This document shows positions 56,933 through 58,565 of a stretch of DNA of 58,565 nt, one piece after another (the first letter of the stretch is position 1; each line of letters begins with the position of its first letter). Source of the stretch: a virus. Taxonomy: Duplodnaviria > Caudoviricetes. The stretch is from positions 1 through 58,565 of the IMG/VR virus record IMGVR_UViG_3300036861_000141. One strand, 5' to 3'. The position numbers and the translations under genes were made by a program. A model generated the notes under the pieces. The model saw only the letters and a program-made list of their open reading frames with translations. It was not told where the DNA came from and made no database searches.

Positions 56933-57247
56933 GTGACAGCGCGCAACACATGGAAAGGCTGGGAGCGCAGAGTCGGCAAGCACCTCGGAGGCCGGCGCAT
57001 TCCAGTGACAGGTATCGATCGACACGGCGCGGATGTGGTGACCACAATGTTTCATTGCCAACTGAAGTTGCGGAAGGCGCTGCCAGAGTGGCTGTTCGAC
57101 TGGCTAGGCGGCATCGTGGCGGATGCTGGGCGAGTTGGGAAGGTGGGCGTGTTGATCCTGCGCAAGCCACGCCAGGAGGACGCTGACGCCTTGGTGGTCA
57201 TGCGCTACAGCGACTTTCGCGACTTACACGGAGACTCCCATGCGTAG
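56933..57247 (+). CDS. PD-(D/E)XK Holliday junction resolvase-like protein
   Basis: WK.WERRV...LGG.R...GADV.....CQLKLRK...LVVMRY.DF. Confidence 0.65.
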   Translation: MTARNTWKGWERRVGKHLGGRRIPVTGIDRHGADVVTTMFHCQLKLRKALPEWLFDWLGGIVADAGRVGKVGVLILRKPRQEDADALVVMRYSDFRDLHGDSHA

Positions 57248-57514
57248 TGCGCTCATCCTCGTCGCCTTTCTCGCCTTCTGTCTCCTCATGGCTGGATTAG
57301 TAGGGTTGGTATTTGGCGACGTGTTTTGGCAACTGAAGATCTGGTGGCGGAAACGACAGGCCAGGCGATCCCTGCGGCGGGCGGACAAGTTTGCGCGTGA
57401 GTGGAATCCAAGGCCCACGGCGGTGCGGCAGTTCTCGCAAGCGAGTGTGATCGGGCGCGATCAGATCCCGGCACGGCAGCGCATGGCGATTGTGAAGGGA
57501 CAGCGGATTCACTG

Positions 57515-57934
57515 ATGTCACTCGTTCGCTGGACCGAGCCTCACTTCAAGAGCGATCTCACTCCCGTGAAGGTGGAGCGGCACGATCGCCGGAAGGCACG
57601 GCAGGAGGCGCTGGACGCCGCGTACAGGGCCGTCGAGATCCGCGACAAGGGTATCTGCTGGGTGACAGGACGGCACCTCACAGCGGGCGCTATCGACCCG
57701 GCGAATCGGCGCGAGCATCACCATCTGGTGAAGCGCAGCCAGAGCAAAGCACTGCGGGAGCGGCCGATGAACATCATCCTCGTCTCAGCCTTGGCGCATG
57801 ACTTGATCGAGCGCGGCTGGATCCTGATCGAAGGAAAGCGAGCGGATCGTCCGATCTTTTTCCACTGGCACCCTGACGCGAAGTCTCGGCCGCTTGTGAT
57901 TCGTCGGCGGAACCTGCACGCGGAGACCAAGTGA
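57515..57934 (+). CDS. HNH-like nuclease
   Basis: RDKGICWVTG...EHHHLVKRS...NIILVS..AH. Confidence 0.65.
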   Translation: MSLVRWTEPHFKSDLTPVKVERHDRRKARQEALDAAYRAVEIRDKGICWVTGRHLTAGAIDPANRREHHHLVKRSQSKALRERPMNIILVSALAHDLIERGWILIEGKRADRPIFFHWHPDAKSRPLVIRRRNLHAETK

Positions 57935-58266
57935 AAGTCGTTTACATCGCTGGTCCGTTTCGTGGCCCTAACGCGTGGGAGATCGAGCAGAACATCCGCC
58001 GAGCAGAGGCGCTGTCGCTGGAAGTGTGGCGCATGGGAGCGGCGGCACTCTGCCCGCACACCAACACGCGATTCTTCCAAGGCGCGGCCGACGATTCGGT
58101 GTGGCTGGACGGCGATCTGGAGTTGCTGGCTCGGTGTGACGCCATGTTGATGACGCCTGACTGGGAGCGCAGTACTGGCGCGAAGGCTGAGCGGGAGTGG
58201 GCATCCGTTCACGACATGCCGATCTTTATGGACATCAACGACCTGCGGGAGTGGTTGGCGAAGTGA
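57931..58266 (+). CDS. Nucleoside 2-deoxyribosyltransferase-like (DUF4406-type) protein
   Basis: VYIAGPF...CPH...LARCDAM...W..S.GA..E..WA. Confidence 0.75.
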   Translation: MKVVYIAGPFRGPNAWEIEQNIRRAEALSLEVWRMGAAALCPHTNTRFFQGAADDSVWLDGDLELLARCDAMLMTPDWERSTGAKAEREWASVHDMPIFMDINDLREWLAK

Positions 58267-58565
58267 CTATTCTACGCGGCGACAGCCTTTCGATGCTGAA
58301 GACGTTGCTGGATGAATCCGTGCAGTGCGTCGTCACGTCGCCGCCGTATTGGGCGCTCAGGCGCTACGACATTCCCGATCTGGTGTTCGACGGAGACGTG
58401 GACTGCGATCACCAATGGGGTGTGTTCATCGGGACCGAGCGGCGCGCGCCGCGGTCCGCGGATGTGGAATCGCCCGGTTCGTCAGACGGCGGCGTCGGCC
58501 GCGGACCGCGGGGAGAAACGCCGATGAGCGCGTACTGCACCTGTGGCGCATGGCGCGGGCAACTC
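58263..58565 (+). CDS. DNA methyltransferase (N4-C/N6-A, beta class), 5' part; continues across the junction
   Basis: GTG overlaps the upstream stop. Reads MTILRGDSLSMLKTLLDESVQCVVTSPPYWALR with the SPPY catalytic motif, in frame with ORF 26..1252. Confidence 0.9.
   Translation, partial: MTILRGDSLSMLKTLLDESVQCVVTSPPYWALRRYDIPDLVFDGDVDCDHQWGVFIGTERRAPRSADVESPGSSDGGVGRGPRGETPMSAYCTCGAWRGQL
58439..58565. repeat. Second copy of the 127-nt terminal overlap
   Basis: Identical to 1-127. Confidence 0.97.

Noticed and set aside
58439-58565. Biological direct terminal repeat
   Set aside because: It is exactly 127 nt, a common assembler k-mer length, and falls mid-gene. The P27-type terS with an HNH partner suggests cos ends elsewhere.

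Overview
The window is an essentially complete circular genome of a temperate, HK97-fold, long-tailed phage or excised prophage, about 58.4 kb long. Bases 1-127 are repeated exactly at 58439-58565, which is an assembly overlap that splits a DNA methyltransferase gene. Spanin-like genes point to a diderm host. Modules in order: early and replication genes (methyltransferase, HNH, replication initiator, TGT/DpdA-like protein, many small ORFs); an accessory virion-protein and glycan-modification island upstream of the terminase; packaging genes; a fused prohead protease-major capsid gene placed before the portal; a four-glycosyltransferase cassette inside the head module; neck and tail genes with a -1 frameshift chaperone and tape measure protein; lysis; integrase, repressor, Cro and Xis; recombination genes. 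The most notable observations are: (1) a LAGLIDADG intein in a small non-enzymatic coiled-coil/transmembrane protein next to the spanins; (2) a candidate virion-glycosylation system of five glycosyltransferase-like genes and a SAM methyltransferase, interleaved with Ser/Thr-rich structural proteins; (3) an antisense HNH insertion bridged by a translationally coupled sense-strand ORF; (4) several multi-stem RNA leaders and a pseudoknot-led micro-cassette; (5) two genes with an in-frame TGA. All family assignments come from motif recognition by eye; no database searches were run.
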